Part shown: one piece after another, positions 1 through 11,308 of the stretch
Numbering within the stretch: the first letter of the stretch is position 1
How the letters are laid out: each line of letters begins with the position of its first letter
Source: Savitreella phatthalungensis
Taxonomy: Eukaryota
Direction: 5' to 3'
Length of the DNA: 64,000 nt
Assembly: GCA_051599415.1 (NCBI GenBank)
Contig: AP039697.1
Coordinates: forward strand, 372,001-436,000
Program-made: the position numbers and the translations under genes
The notes under the pieces: model-generated
Databases searched by the model: none
The model's input: the letters and a program-made list of their open reading frames with translations, nothing else
Told to the model about the DNA's origin: nothing

Positions 1-1400
1 GCGGCCCAGCCGCGCCCCTTGACCTTTGTCAAGTCCTCTTGTGTCACTTGTCGATTGCTGAAGTAGCCGGAATTGATTTTCGCCTCGCTGAAGTGGGTCA
101 GTCATAAGCGTTCAATGGGAGTCGATCAGCATCGGTGCGCTTACATCTCCACCTTGGAATCTTCCGGAATCAGCTCATCGGGCAGCTCGACGCGTTCGTG
201 TATTGGAATACCTGCTCCAACTATCGCGTCGCTTGAAAACGTTAGTTGCTGCGTGAGTGTTGGAGAGTGGACACGGGGTTAGACTTACTGCTTCATGTTG
301 CTCATGCTGAGCATCTTATCGATCTTGCGCACGCCGAGCCAAAGAAGAATATCGGGCATGAGCTCTTGGAATCGCATGTCCTTGACACCTGCGACCTGTT
401 CCGTTGACGAGAAATACTTGTCGGCGGAATCGCCAGTACGCTTCCGCAGATTGTACACCAAATACTTCGTCACCTCGCCAAGGGCACGACCTTCCTTGCG
501 GAAGTAGACGACTAAGCCCGAGCCGCCTTCCTGTGCCTCCTTAGCGCATTCCTGGATGCCATACATGAGGTACGGTCTGCAGGTACAAATATCTGACATG
601 AAGACGTCAGAGCCGTTGCACTCGTCGTGGATGCGACATGCCAGTCTGACCTTCTCGTCGCTCACCTTTGCCGGGTCGCCAAAAATGTAACAAGTGAGAC
701 CGCCGATCGGCGGCAAAAAGACCTTGATGTCATTGCGGGTGATCAGCTCCGGGTACATGCCACCTGTGTATTCAAATAGACTCCGGCGGAGCGTGCTCTC
801 TTCAACGCCGAAGCGCTTTGCCACACCCGGTAGATGCCAGACTGGGTCAACGGCGACCTTTGTGACAGCGAGTTCGCCCTTCTCATTCAGAACGACCTTG
901 CCGTCCACCTTGAGATCGCCGTTCTTGACCGCAAGCTCCATCTCGAGCAAAGTAAGCTTAGCACGTGTGATTGAAATGGTCGGCCGAATATCGAGGCCGT
1001 CCTTTCCACTCATAAGGTCTTTGAAGATCGAGGGAACTTCATGGCCGAATGGATCCATGGCAACGATCTTGTCTGGATCTGACCATGCGGGCTGTGGACC
1101 AAACCTAACCGGTGGCTCAGTATGCGTGAAGTCGGGCTTGTAGTCGAAGGCAATATTGTTACTCGCATTGGCGAGCGCAAAGTACGTAGAATAGCTGCCG
1201 CCATGAGCGCCGATGGCGTTGCGACTGGCAAGAGTGTTGGCTTGACGGGATACGATCACGGGCCCACGCTTTTGAGGATCTGCCTCGCCCCACACCAGCG
1301 GGATCGGCTTGACAGTAGCCTGTCCTGGGTAGGTTGTTAGGACGATGCGCTTGCTGAAGCGCGATTCTGCTTGCGGCAGAGACTTTTCTGGCGCGTGCAT
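1..1400 (-). CDS. urg1: GTP cyclohydrolase II-like uracil-regulated protein (Urg1/Urc1 family), 3' end runs off the window; introns 232-288 and 88-144
   Basis: Motifs RNAIGAHGGSY, RIHDECNGSDVF, CTCRPYL, YFRKEGRALGEVTKYLVYN. Two 57-nt GT..AG introns (GTAAGT..CTAAC..CAAG; GTAAGC..CTGAC..CAG) restore the C-terminus KHDAIVGAGIPIHERVELPDELIPEDSKGEIEAKINSGYF..KVKGRGW. First ATG at 1400. Confidence 0.9.
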
Positions 1401-2303
1401 GATCGATGGGAGATATAGGAGTTTCAGCAAAGATTGACACGCAATGAAAAGTCTGCTGCTGCTACGAGATGTCGAGATGTTGCTTGTGCTTCAACAGCGC
1501 TTTCTGAAAAGGTGATGGACTGAGGGATCGAGTAGACGAGTGATTGATCTAGTGGCTGTGTCAACGAGTGGATGATTGAGCGGATAATTGGGTGCGTGGA
1601 TGGGATGTGGGGCCGAGATACGGTGTTATCCCTGGATCCCGGGATCGGCCTCCTGCGACTGTCAATCAACCATTTCATGGGACGAGTGATGATTGTAAAA
1701 TCTAACCGCAGCCAGAACCAGACCAAGAAACGAAACAATTCACGCCTTTCAGAGCAAGACAGTCAATCTCGAAGCTGAACGGACAGAGATGAGAACGTCG
1801 AAAGCCGGAGGCATGGCTTCTGGAAGGCAGGTCCGAAGACACTGATCGGGTAGCAGCTCATTCATGCTCTAGCTAATACTCCACCTAGGTTCACTGGGAC
1901 TTTGAAGTGGTAGATACTTTTCTACCATGTTAAGATACAACCTGATTCGGGCCTTTTCTGGCTTGACTGGAATATCCTTCTTCGCCATCCTATCCGGGCG
2001 AAATTACTCTCTTCATGCAACCATACCAGACTGCTCAGAACTGAACCTTTTGCGCAAGGCTGGAGACTGAGAACTGAAGATCTGTCATACATCAAGGTGA
2101 TAGTGGTCTCGCATTGGTCAGACGCGTCTTCCAAAGCCCCACAAGGCTTTACAGGTATGTATACACAAGCATGAATGAAAGGGGCGTCTGCAGAAGTCAG
2201 GTGCGGCGACCGAAACTGTGTATCGTTGATCATTCACTACAATCGATCATTTACCATCAATCTAATCAATCATTCACGCACGCACGTACCATGGAGTGCC
2301 TGA

Positions 2304-3128
<825 letters not shown>

Positions 3129-3358
3129 TCGGATATGTCGATTACTTCATCCCGCCTTTTTTAATGATATTCATCACGTTGCTCTCTCTCATTAGTCGCG
3201 CAGGGACCGCTGCATGATTCTCCGAACAGCTCCATGCTGCGTTGCGTTCCGCATATGTTGATGTAAATATTTCTCTTTGTGAGCATGCAGATATGTGTGT
3301 GTTCCGATCTGTACTGCCAGAGCTGGCAGATCCTGTAGGCGCAGCTCACGTCTTGTCC

Positions 3359-3610
3359 TCACTGAGCTTTGACCTCCTCACATGCGTCAACCCAGTCGCT
3401 GTACACGTCGATTGGCGCTGTCAAGGCATCTGTACGCATCTGATGTGCTAGTCCACAGACCTTGCACTTTGCCTCTCCAATCTGCTCCTTCCTGTGCAAT
3501 GTCACCGTCACCGCCTTTTCGTGGTTGCAGAACAAGCAGTTGAACGTTGTGTCAAGCTTACCGCTCGTCTTTTTCGGCGGCGGCTTCTTCGAACTTTTGC
3601 GCTTGCCCAT
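3359..3610 (-). CDS. ELF1: Transcription elongation factor Elf1 (83 aa)
   Basis: MGKRKSSKKP..LDTTFNCLFCNHEK..CKVCG..PIDVYSDWVDACE zinc ribbon. Confidence 0.95.
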   Translation of the reverse strand: MGKRKSSKKPPPKKTSGKLDTTFNCLFCNHEKAVTVTLHRKEQIGEAKCKVCGLAHQMRTDALTAPIDVYSDWVDACEEVKAQ

Positions 3611-3919
3611 GACTCGAGGGAGACAGACACAAGAGACTGGTTTAGACGACTTTTGCGTGTCTCGTGCACACGCCCGTCCTTTTTTGTGTCTTGTGTGGCC
3701 CAGCCAAGGACGCCCACCGAGCGAAAGTGCCTTTTCGGGAAATCGCTGGACGAATATGTGCTCATATAGCCATTGATAATTTATATGCAAACGCATGCAC
3801 ATGCGCGCGTACTTATGCGTGTCAAGCGAAACAGCGCAATATCACCTATGAATACATAGTTGACATCCGGCCTCGATGCAACTTACCTTCCTTCGTCTGA
3901 TTGATACTTCTCAAGTATC

Positions 3920-4948
3920 TTAGTCGTCCACATCAGAGATGATGGCCTTGGCCAATGCTGACGAGAGCTGAGCGGCAGGATCTAGTTCGTCTTTGGAGTG
4001 CTTCTCCTCGTCTTCCTTGACGGATTTTGCGACATTCTCTGTCGACCCTGATGGCGTTTTCTTCTTCTTTTCAGCATCCGGTTTATCCCGCCGTGCAGCA
4101 GCCTTGATTTCGTCGTGGAGCTCGAGAAGCTCGTCCTTCCAGCCGCAAGCTTCTGCAAGAGCCAGGACCGACTCGTCACATTTGTCGAGATGTATGACGT
4201 CCATCTCCCGGTCGAAGTGGCCGACGTCTTCCAGATTCAGAAGCACGCGTGGCGTTTGTCGAGACACTCTATCCGGGAGGCTCGCAAAGGGCTGCACCTG
4301 CAGCGATGTGCCCATGACGATGAGCAAGTCTGCCTTCCTGAAATCTGTGAGCCTCTCGAAGAACACATCGGGCAGACCTTCCCCAAAGAAAACGATGTCT
4401 GGTTTGACCAGACCTTTGCAATTCGTGCAATGTGGTGTCTTTCGCTCCAGCACAAGCTTTGTAACCTCGGCTTCATCTGCAATTTGCCTGCATCCTTTAC
4501 GAATGCATCTGCTCGTCGCGAACGATCCGTGTGCCTCGACAATCTGCTCTGCCGGAATGCCGGCTCTCCGTTCCAAGGTGTCGATGTTCTGCGTGAATAC
4601 TCTGAGGAGCATGCCCTTGTCGTAGATCAGCCGCATGAACGCGTGCGTCAATGTCGGCTCGAATCTACCGGGTAAGAGCTCATACGCAAGCTCGTAGAAT
4701 GGCTTCGGATTGCGCGAGAAGAAGTCAATCTCGAATACTTGCTCCGGGTAGTCGAGTTTCAAGCGCTTCAGATTGTGGTAGAGTCCTGTCTTAGGCGACC
4801 GAAAGTCCGGTATACCAGCAGCGGTGCTGACTCCGGCGCCTATGCAGAAGACACATCGCTTGACACCTCCGGATTTAAAGAGCGCCGCGATATGGTTCAG
4901 GTCCATCTCGAATTCACGTCGTTGTCGAGGACCATTTATGATGACCAT
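3920..4948 (-). CDS. HST2: NAD-dependent deacetylase, sirtuin class I (Hst2/SIRT2-like); start 4948 or 4906
   Basis: GAGVSTAAGIPDFRS, TQNIDTLE, EAHGSF, Cys zinc module, KPDIVFFGE, GTSLQVQPFASL. Confidence 0.9.
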   Translation of the reverse strand: MVIINGPRQRREFEMDLNHIAALFKSGGVKRCVFCIGAGVSTAAGIPDFRSPKTGLYHNLKRLKLDYPEQVFEIDFFSRNPKPFYELAYELLPGRFEPTLTHAFMRLIYDKGMLLRVFTQNIDTLERRAGIPAEQIVEAHGSFATSRCIRKGCRQIADEAEVTKLVLERKTPHCTNCKGLVKPDIVFFGEGLPDVFFERLTDFRKADLLIVMGTSLQVQPFASLPDRVSRQTPRVLLNLEDVGHFDREMDVIHLDKCDESVLALAEACGWKDELLELHDEIKAAARRDKPDAEKKKKTPSGSTENVAKSVKEDEEKHSKDELDPAAQLSSALAKAIISDVDD

Positions 4949-5047
4949 GACGTCCACGGGTGTGCTGATGCGCAAGGCCCCGCAATCCAATCAGCACTGC
5001 ACAAAAATGGAAGTGCTTTGGTTATCAAAGGATAGACGCTACACTAA

Positions 5048-6796
5048 ATGGCTCGTGGTCATACCTACGGACGTCGTCGACGTTCACATATTGACCCGGG
5101 CACAGCCGCGTGGGACGAGGTCGAAGGGAGAGCCGCAGAGCCGCCAGTCACCCCAACTACGCCACCACGCACCTCTCCCAGAAAGGTCAGGAAGCTCGAA
5201 TCACCACAAGACTCGCCATTGAGTGACAAGGGTACGCAGACGTCGCAAGTTGGAGAGTTTCAGTCTGAGGATGAAATTCAAGAGAGGCCTAAGTCGGCTG
5301 TTGAGCTAACAGAGCCAAGGAGCATCTTTGATGTGTTGGACAACGTGGTACAGGTGCCGGCGACCCCATCACGTCGGCGAATTACTGGCAGGCACGGACT
5401 TCGCAGCGCATTTTCCACGCCAGAGAAGCGCGAGACGACCTCAGAAGACTTCCTGCAACATCTCTCGCAGGTGCAGCAGGAGCCACCACCTCTTCCACCG
5501 CAGATCGATCAGACTAAACAGAGAGACGCACGATTCGCGAGTCCAAGAAAGCCTCGAAATACGTACGCAAAGCAGCGGTCTTTCCTGGAGTCGGCGGAAG
5601 CAGCCGAGACATCATTTGCAGAACCGCTGTTCCCTGCCCAAGCAGAGATTTCAACGATCCAGGATATCAACGAGCTTCGCCATTCGGGGAGCATGCAACG
5701 ATTCCTGGAGCATGTTGGAGATCTGATATCCGGATTGAAAGACGAAGACCTCGCTCGATCATCGCTTCTGGAGCTTGCCCGGACACTTGCTAAGGACGCG
5801 TCGCCTGCACAGCTCGTAGACTTGCGCATTCCTGCGGAATTGCTAGAAGCGAAGATTGGCCAGACCGATCCTATGGATTTATTTCTGCTGCTTTCTAACC
5901 TCAACACGACTATCCAGCTGCCAGGCTTCCTGTGGTCAGACAGTGAAATCGGCAGACTCAGAGATCGTCTGGCGGTTGCACTTACTTTGGACGGACCGCT
6001 CGACGAGGCTCTCACGCAAAGTCATGAAGCAAAGCCCGATAGTGCTGCAGTATTCGAGCTACTCGAGTCTGTCAAGCAGTCCGGCTTAATAAGCTCCTTT
6101 GCGGGCACGACGCTGAGCCTCAAATCTATTGGTCTGATAACGTGTGCCCTCTCGAGGTGCCCACCTGCTGCTGTTCCTCTCGCCGACGTATTCCGCGTGC
6201 TTCGGCGGGATCGCAAAGACACGCCGCTCGACGAAAGACTAGCGGTTTCTATTCTTGAGCGGCTGTGTGATACTTCGGCAGCTAGCGCAGTAGTCTTTGG
6301 CTTTGACGAGATGAAAGAATTCGTACCGGCGCTCAAGCGAACATTTCATACCGCATCGGATATTGCCAAGACGATTCTCCGATTCGGTGTGAGCCTTGTT
6401 GGCGTGGTGCCCGACTCAGCAGCACACTTCAGTAGTTCGATCGATTGGCTTGGCTCAGCAGCAATTGAGCGTCTCGAGGAGGAAGATGGCGAGCTCGCAT
6501 GCTTGATATTTGGCCTGCTTGCGGCTCTACTGGATGCACTACCGAAGCTCGACATGTCGGCAAGCACGAGTGATCGCCTAGTAAATCACCTGACTACCAG
6601 GACGAAGGGCGCCATTGCCACGACAGAGCGCGCAACAATTGGCTACCTTGCGCTCCTGTTGTCGCGACTGCTCTCTGTCAAGCTGACGTGTCCGAAGAAG
6701 CCGATTCACATCGGCCTAACGATACTCTCAGAGGACCATGCAGATCTGATTCAATTCTCTGCAGACGTGCGCGAGCGACTAGGAGACTTTGAGTAG
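5048..6796 (+). CDS. WPL1: Wapl/Rad61-like cohesin release factor
   Basis: Disordered S/TP-rich N-terminus, RNTYAKQRSFL and IQDINELRHSGSMQRF motifs as in fungal WAPL proteins, followed by a helical-repeat region. Confidence 0.7.
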   Translation: MARGHTYGRRRRSHIDPGTAAWDEVEGRAAEPPVTPTTPPRTSPRKVRKLESPQDSPLSDKGTQTSQVGEFQSEDEIQERPKSAVELTEPRSIFDVLDNVVQVPATPSRRRITGRHGLRSAFSTPEKRETTSEDFLQHLSQVQQEPPPLPPQIDQTKQRDARFASPRKPRNTYAKQRSFLESAEAAETSFAEPLFPAQAEISTIQDINELRHSGSMQRFLEHVGDLISGLKDEDLARSSLLELARTLAKDASPAQLVDLRIPAELLEAKIGQTDPMDLFLLLSNLNTTIQLPGFLWSDSEIGRLRDRLAVALTLDGPLDEALTQSHEAKPDSAAVFELLESVKQSGLISSFAGTTLSLKSIGLITCALSRCPPAAVPLADVFRVLRRDRKDTPLDERLAVSILERLCDTSAASAVVFGFDEMKEFVPALKRTFHTASDIAKTILRFGVSLVGVVPDSAAHFSSSIDWLGSAAIERLEEEDGELACLIFGLLAALLDALPKLDMSASTSDRLVNHLTTRTKGAIATTERATIGYLALLLSRLLSVKLTCPKKPIHIGLTILSEDHADLIQFSADVRERLGDFE

Positions 6797-7089
6797 ATAT
6801 TTCAAGATTTCTATAGCCCTGAGTCAATCAGCATCAACATGGCACGCAGCATCCGCGGCGCCACATCATAATTGCCCCGCGTTGAATAATTACTCGTGAC
6901 CGTGCAGATGCAGATCACATTCGATGCATGCCACGAGATCCCGATCGGGTTAAACGTGGCAGGCACTTCGGGCTACACCGATGAAACTTAGACATAGCGC
7001 GGTCTGCAAATCGAGAGCTACAGGTTCACAGGGCCGTTGAAAGAGAGCTCAGGGTGGTTTCTGTGCAGCGCACCGCAGTCGCTCTAGCC

Positions 7090-7826
7090 ATGTCTCTGCC
7101 CACGATGAAGAGCAGGCGCGTCGGTGTCCTAGGCAGCCGAAGGTAACACATTCACCTTTCCATGCTCTACAAACTCGCAACTGACCTGGTCAATAGTGTC
7201 GGCAAATCCTCGTATGGCTACTGCATACACTTGCGAACAACAAAGCTTTACTGACTGTCTAGTCTGACTGTTCAATTTGTGGAAAACCACTTTGTCGAGT
7301 CGTACTATCCGACGATCGAAAACACCTTTAGCAAAGTAATCAAGTACAAAGGTCAGGAGTTTGCTTGCGAGATTATCGATACAGCCGGGCAGGACGAGTA
7401 CTCGATTCTAAATTCCAAGCACTCTGTGGGTATTCACGGGTATGTGCTTGTATACTCTGTCGCCAGCAAGAGCTCTTTCGACATGTGCAAGATCATTCGC
7501 GACAAAATTCTCGACCACACTGTAAGGAGTTCAGATGCCATATCCGTGTGCACAGAGATCGGTAGAAGGCTGACAGACCACCACAGGGAACCGACTGGGT
7601 ACCGATCGTCCTCGTTGGCAACAAAAGTGATCTCCACCTGCAGCGGCAGGTATCAGCAGAGGATGGGAAGGCGGTGGCGGCTGAATGGAAGTGCTCATGG
7701 ACAGAGGCTTCTGCACGACACAACGAGAACGTCGCTAGAGCGTTCGAACTCATCATCGCCGAAGTCGAGAAGCAGGAGAACCCAGCACCTCCAGGCGGCA
7801 ATAACAAAAGCTGCATCATCTCCTAA
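7090..7826 (+). CDS. RHB1: Rheb small GTPase (188 aa); exons 7090-7142, 7197-7211, 7263-7521, 7587-7826
   Basis: Spliced protein has GSRSVGKS (Rheb-typical Arg), YYPTIENTF, DTAGQDEY, VGNKSD, EASA and CAAX box CIIS. Three GT-AG introns with CTGAC branch sites. Confidence 0.95.
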
Positions 7827-7895
7827 CTTGGCCGGATTTTACCAGACTTTCCCATATGTAGCGCTGTTCCCTATCCGGATTGCTGTCCTATTCCT

Positions 7896-8357
7896 CTATG
7901 CGAGTGTCTCGTGGGCGCGTTTTGAAGCTGCTTTTGCCGCCTCAATGGCTTCTCCAGAAATCTTCTCGCTCGCAGACTTAGGATTCTCATCGCCCTGGCT
8001 GCAGAGCTCCTGAGATCGTCAGTGGTCTGCATCGATAAATTTCGTGATGCGAATTGTCGGAACTTACAGTGAACTTGTCCAGATCAGCGACTGTCTCTGC
8101 TAGGCGCTTCTGATACTCCGGCAACATCTGCTTTGCGTCTGCGAGCACTCTATTCTGCTGTCGAATCTCATATTCATCCGATCCACCAGCTGTCATCGTC
8201 TCTAACCGCTTTTGCTCCGTCTCGATCTCATGTTTGCAAACCTCGAGGTCTGTCGTCAGACATGCTTGTGAACGCCACCGGACAATGGAGACTTACCCTT
8301 CAATAAACGTGAGACAGATGCCGTCTTGATCTCAAGACCACGCTGCTGCGTCAGCAT
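7896..8357 (-). CDS. RBL2: Tubulin-folding cofactor A (118 aa); exons 8357-8297, 8249-8068, 8009-7896
   Basis: Spliced protein MLTQQRGLEIKTASVSRLLKDLE..DEYEIRQQNRVLADAKQMLPEYQKRL. Two GTAAGT..CTGAC..CAG introns keep the frame. Confidence 0.88.
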
Positions 8358-8530
8358 GATATGCGTTGTCGTAGAGTGTACCTTTTGACAGCTTCTGCTA
8401 TATTGTCCTCACCGGCCTTTCCGGAGAAGACGCGCCTAATTGGCAGATCATTCATGCCCAAGATTGATCGATTGATTTACTGGGTGATCTTGAGAGACTT
8501 TTAAAAAAGTCTTAGATTCTTCGATGCGAC

Positions 8531-8812
8531 ATGTCAGTCACAAGGTATAGCTGTCGTCGATGTCCTTCATTGGTTCTCAAAGGGAATGATACGGATCAAG
8601 TCCATATACCACTGAACGGACCTTTCTTGGACCTTTCGGACGACACTTTCATCAGGCTCACAGATCAACTCGCATTTGAGAACATCGGCGTCAGCAAGCC
8701 TTTCGACAACGTTCGTTACCTGTCGTGTGCCGACTGTGACGCATTGCTGGGCGTTGTCAGGGACGGTGCCTATTACGTGGCAATTGATCTGCTGAGGACA
8801 GATCAGCCGTGA
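8531..8812 (+). CDS. Mss4/Dss4 family Rab guanine-nucleotide exchange factor/chaperone (93 aa)
   Basis: CxxC at the N-terminus, DQLAFENIGVSK and YLSCADCD motifs. Confidence 0.85.
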   Translation: MSVTRYSCRRCPSLVLKGNDTDQVHIPLNGPFLDLSDDTFIRLTDQLAFENIGVSKPFDNVRYLSCADCDALLGVVRDGAYYVAIDLLRTDQP

Positions 8813-8818
8813 AGGGGA

Positions 8819-9577
8819 ATGCTTACACCTCAGGGCGCGGTCAGGGATGTCGGCTTTCCTGCCGTGAAAGAGGCTTCTGCCGGATATGCGCCTCTATCAA
8901 AGCTATCGCCAGCGCTGAGGCTTAGATTTCATTTGCTGGGGCAGACAAGAGACGGGGATTCGCTGCTTGAGCATCTCGTGTGGAACCCAAGGGAACGGGA
9001 GGTCGTGGCGGCAAAGCTCGATCGATTAACAGACTACGTTGACGACTTCTTCGCCTATGCGCAGATTGACGCAGAGCTCAATGTTGCATGTGTCAAGGTC
9101 TCAGACCTGGTGCATGCGGGTAAGATGCTTTGGTTCGATTTTGTCCTCTCTCAGGAGTCAGTCGACAAGAGTCCTATATGGCTGCTGCATAACATTACCT
9201 TGCTTAGCCCGATAGACAGAGGTCTCATATGCACACAAGATCCACGCCAATTACTTACAGGCACGCGATCTGCTCCAGGAGACCCTGACGAGCATGAAGG
9301 AAATACAGAGGGAGAAGGAGGCGAACGTGACGAGTACTTAGGGGAGGAAGACGACTACTGGGGTGCTGCTTCTGACGACAACGACGGAGAAGACGATGCG
9401 AATGCAGGGGTTCCGCATCAAAGGGAAGAAGGGGAAAGCGCGACAGTGATGACGTCGTCCAGTGTAAAGCAGCAGACAATAAGCGCACTAGAGCACGTGC
9501 TGCGACTTGGCCTCGCAGCGGGCATGACGAAAGAGGAGCTCGAAAGCGCGTCTCAGGCAGCTCTGGGCCGTGTATGA
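8819..9577 (+). CDS. Conserved fungal hypothetical protein with acidic tract
   Basis: 252-codon ORF. LSPALRLRFHLL..LVW, EEDDYW and the C-terminal VKQQ..LRLGLAAGMTKEELE resemble an uncharacterised ascomycete family (from memory). Confidence 0.7.
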   Translation: MLTPQGAVRDVGFPAVKEASAGYAPLSKLSPALRLRFHLLGQTRDGDSLLEHLVWNPREREVVAAKLDRLTDYVDDFFAYAQIDAELNVACVKVSDLVHAGKMLWFDFVLSQESVDKSPIWLLHNITLLSPIDRGLICTQDPRQLLTGTRSAPGDPDEHEGNTEGEGGERDEYLGEEDDYWGAASDDNDGEDDANAGVPHQREEGESATVMTSSSVKQQTISALEHVLRLGLAAGMTKEELESASQAALGRV

Positions 9578-10302
9578 ACACACATGAGGCAGGCAGGCAG
9601 GCAAGCAAGTAAGCAAGTATGACATCTTTGGCCGTGTACTGTCGAGATCAGTCTCAGGCGTTCAACATCCGTCCATTATGTCATTCAGGACGACTCAAAG
9701 AAGACAACTCGCCCTGATGATGGGTGCCATGCATTCAAGGAGTAAGACTCTGGCTGAGCGCGATTGCGGATCCCCGAAAGGATGAACCGACTGCCCGAAG
9801 AGTAAGTCCAGATGATTTCGATGTCCGAATAGGATATGGAGCTAGTCGATGTGGAGGCGACTAGAGAGCATGTCCAGGAGGTGTTCGGCTTTACATCCTG
9901 CTTTGGTGGCCAACATGCTCCTCCGGTTGCTCAATCAAGAACTCTCAATTTGGCGAAGCAATTAACCTGGTTTCGTGTTTTTGGTTGTAAATAATTGGCT
10001 ATTGGCACTGTGACGAATAAAATCTGGACATCATCTCTTCCTGCGTTGACACCATTCGAAACATTGAACCTGATGTTGGTCAGATGATCATCACGAGTGG
10101 TCCAAAGTTGGCTAAATTGTCTGTGGCTGCTGATCCAATCGGTTTGTACCTTTCTCTACACCGTTCTGGCTTATGCTAATTATAGAGAAGATTGGGATGA
10201 TTTCATCTTTGACCCGAAGAATGTAATCTACTAGAGGTGTGATCTCAATTTACACTGTACCCAGATTCGTTACCCCTTTGTTTCATCCTTTGTCGCCAAA
10301 CT

Positions 10303-10563
10303 GACGCGACAAATTTGTCGAGATGAAACTAAACAAGGTGCGATCTAAATAGAGACGGAGGGCACGCGTTATTCAAAGTCAGTCAATCACCCGGTCGGTC
10401 AGCATCGTTAGAGTCCAGTTTTTGAGCTGTCTCTGTTCGTCAGCCAGTCTATTCAAATGGTCAGTCAACGGGACAGTCAGCCGTCTCAATCTGCTTCAAG
10501 TGCAACTGTCTATCTGAGATCCTGATAGTGTCGGGTAGAAGTTGCGTGTCATTCGCTGTTTAC
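10303..10563. promoter_or_regulatory. Candidate cell-cycle promoter elements upstream of the forkhead gene: MCB ACGCGT (10364-10369), forkhead sites TAAACAA (10330-10336) and TGTTTAC (10557-10563)
   Basis: Exact motif matches clustered near the 5' edge of the AUG-free region. Confidence 0.4.
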
Positions 10564-11308
10564 CCCTGTGTCACAAGTCATTGAGGTCATCTGCTCGTCT
10601 GATTCACTTTCCTTCCCGTACCTCCAGCAGCCTAACACCAGATTGAGATTGGTCCCTGTTGGTCTGAGCGGGCGTATATTCAAATTGTCGTTCTCTCGAG
10701 GTCCAACATAGTATCTACCCTCTTCCTTCCTTTTCCTCTTTCCTTTGCCTGCTAATCAATACCCTCCCTGGCTCGCATTCATTCACCAATTCATTCTACC
10801 ATCAACCTATCTATTCATCCCTGAACGTTTTGTCTACCGAACGCAAGCCAATTTAGACTGTCCAGGTGATACAACCTCCCCCGGATAGACACTCATACAG
10901 GATCTTACGACACAAACGTCCACGTAGCTACTGCAGGTCAAGCCATACATCGTCACTCCCCCTTCGACAGCGGGAGGTGGACGACGCCTCTTCCTTTTCC
11001 ATTTGAACGCGTCTCACCCTCATCAGACTCGTCATTACCCCTGGCCCTCGCTCTACAGGCTCATACTTTCGTCCTCGGCCAACTGAGCATACGCCCACGG
11101 TTCTCAAGAACCCTCTGACCGCACGGTCGCGATCAATCATTCATCTTCTCACCACCCTACGTGCACAGAAGAGCACGCTACTGCACGCGCGACACACCTT
11201 CGCCATCGCTCGAATACCTTCATAGGGGCGCGTTCTCCAACGAATTCCTCCGTTCAGCGCGACACGGACCTCCAGCGACGGAGACGACATTTGTAATTAC
11301 CGGGCGCC

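Noticed and set aside
7279..8013. 244-aa ORF read as a long Rheb
   Set aside because: Reads through intron 3 out of frame. The spliced model gives a normal 188-aa Rheb with a CAAX box.
9715..9757. TGATGA...CTGA as a C/D box snoRNA
   Set aside because: Too short, no terminal stem and no recognisable rRNA guide.
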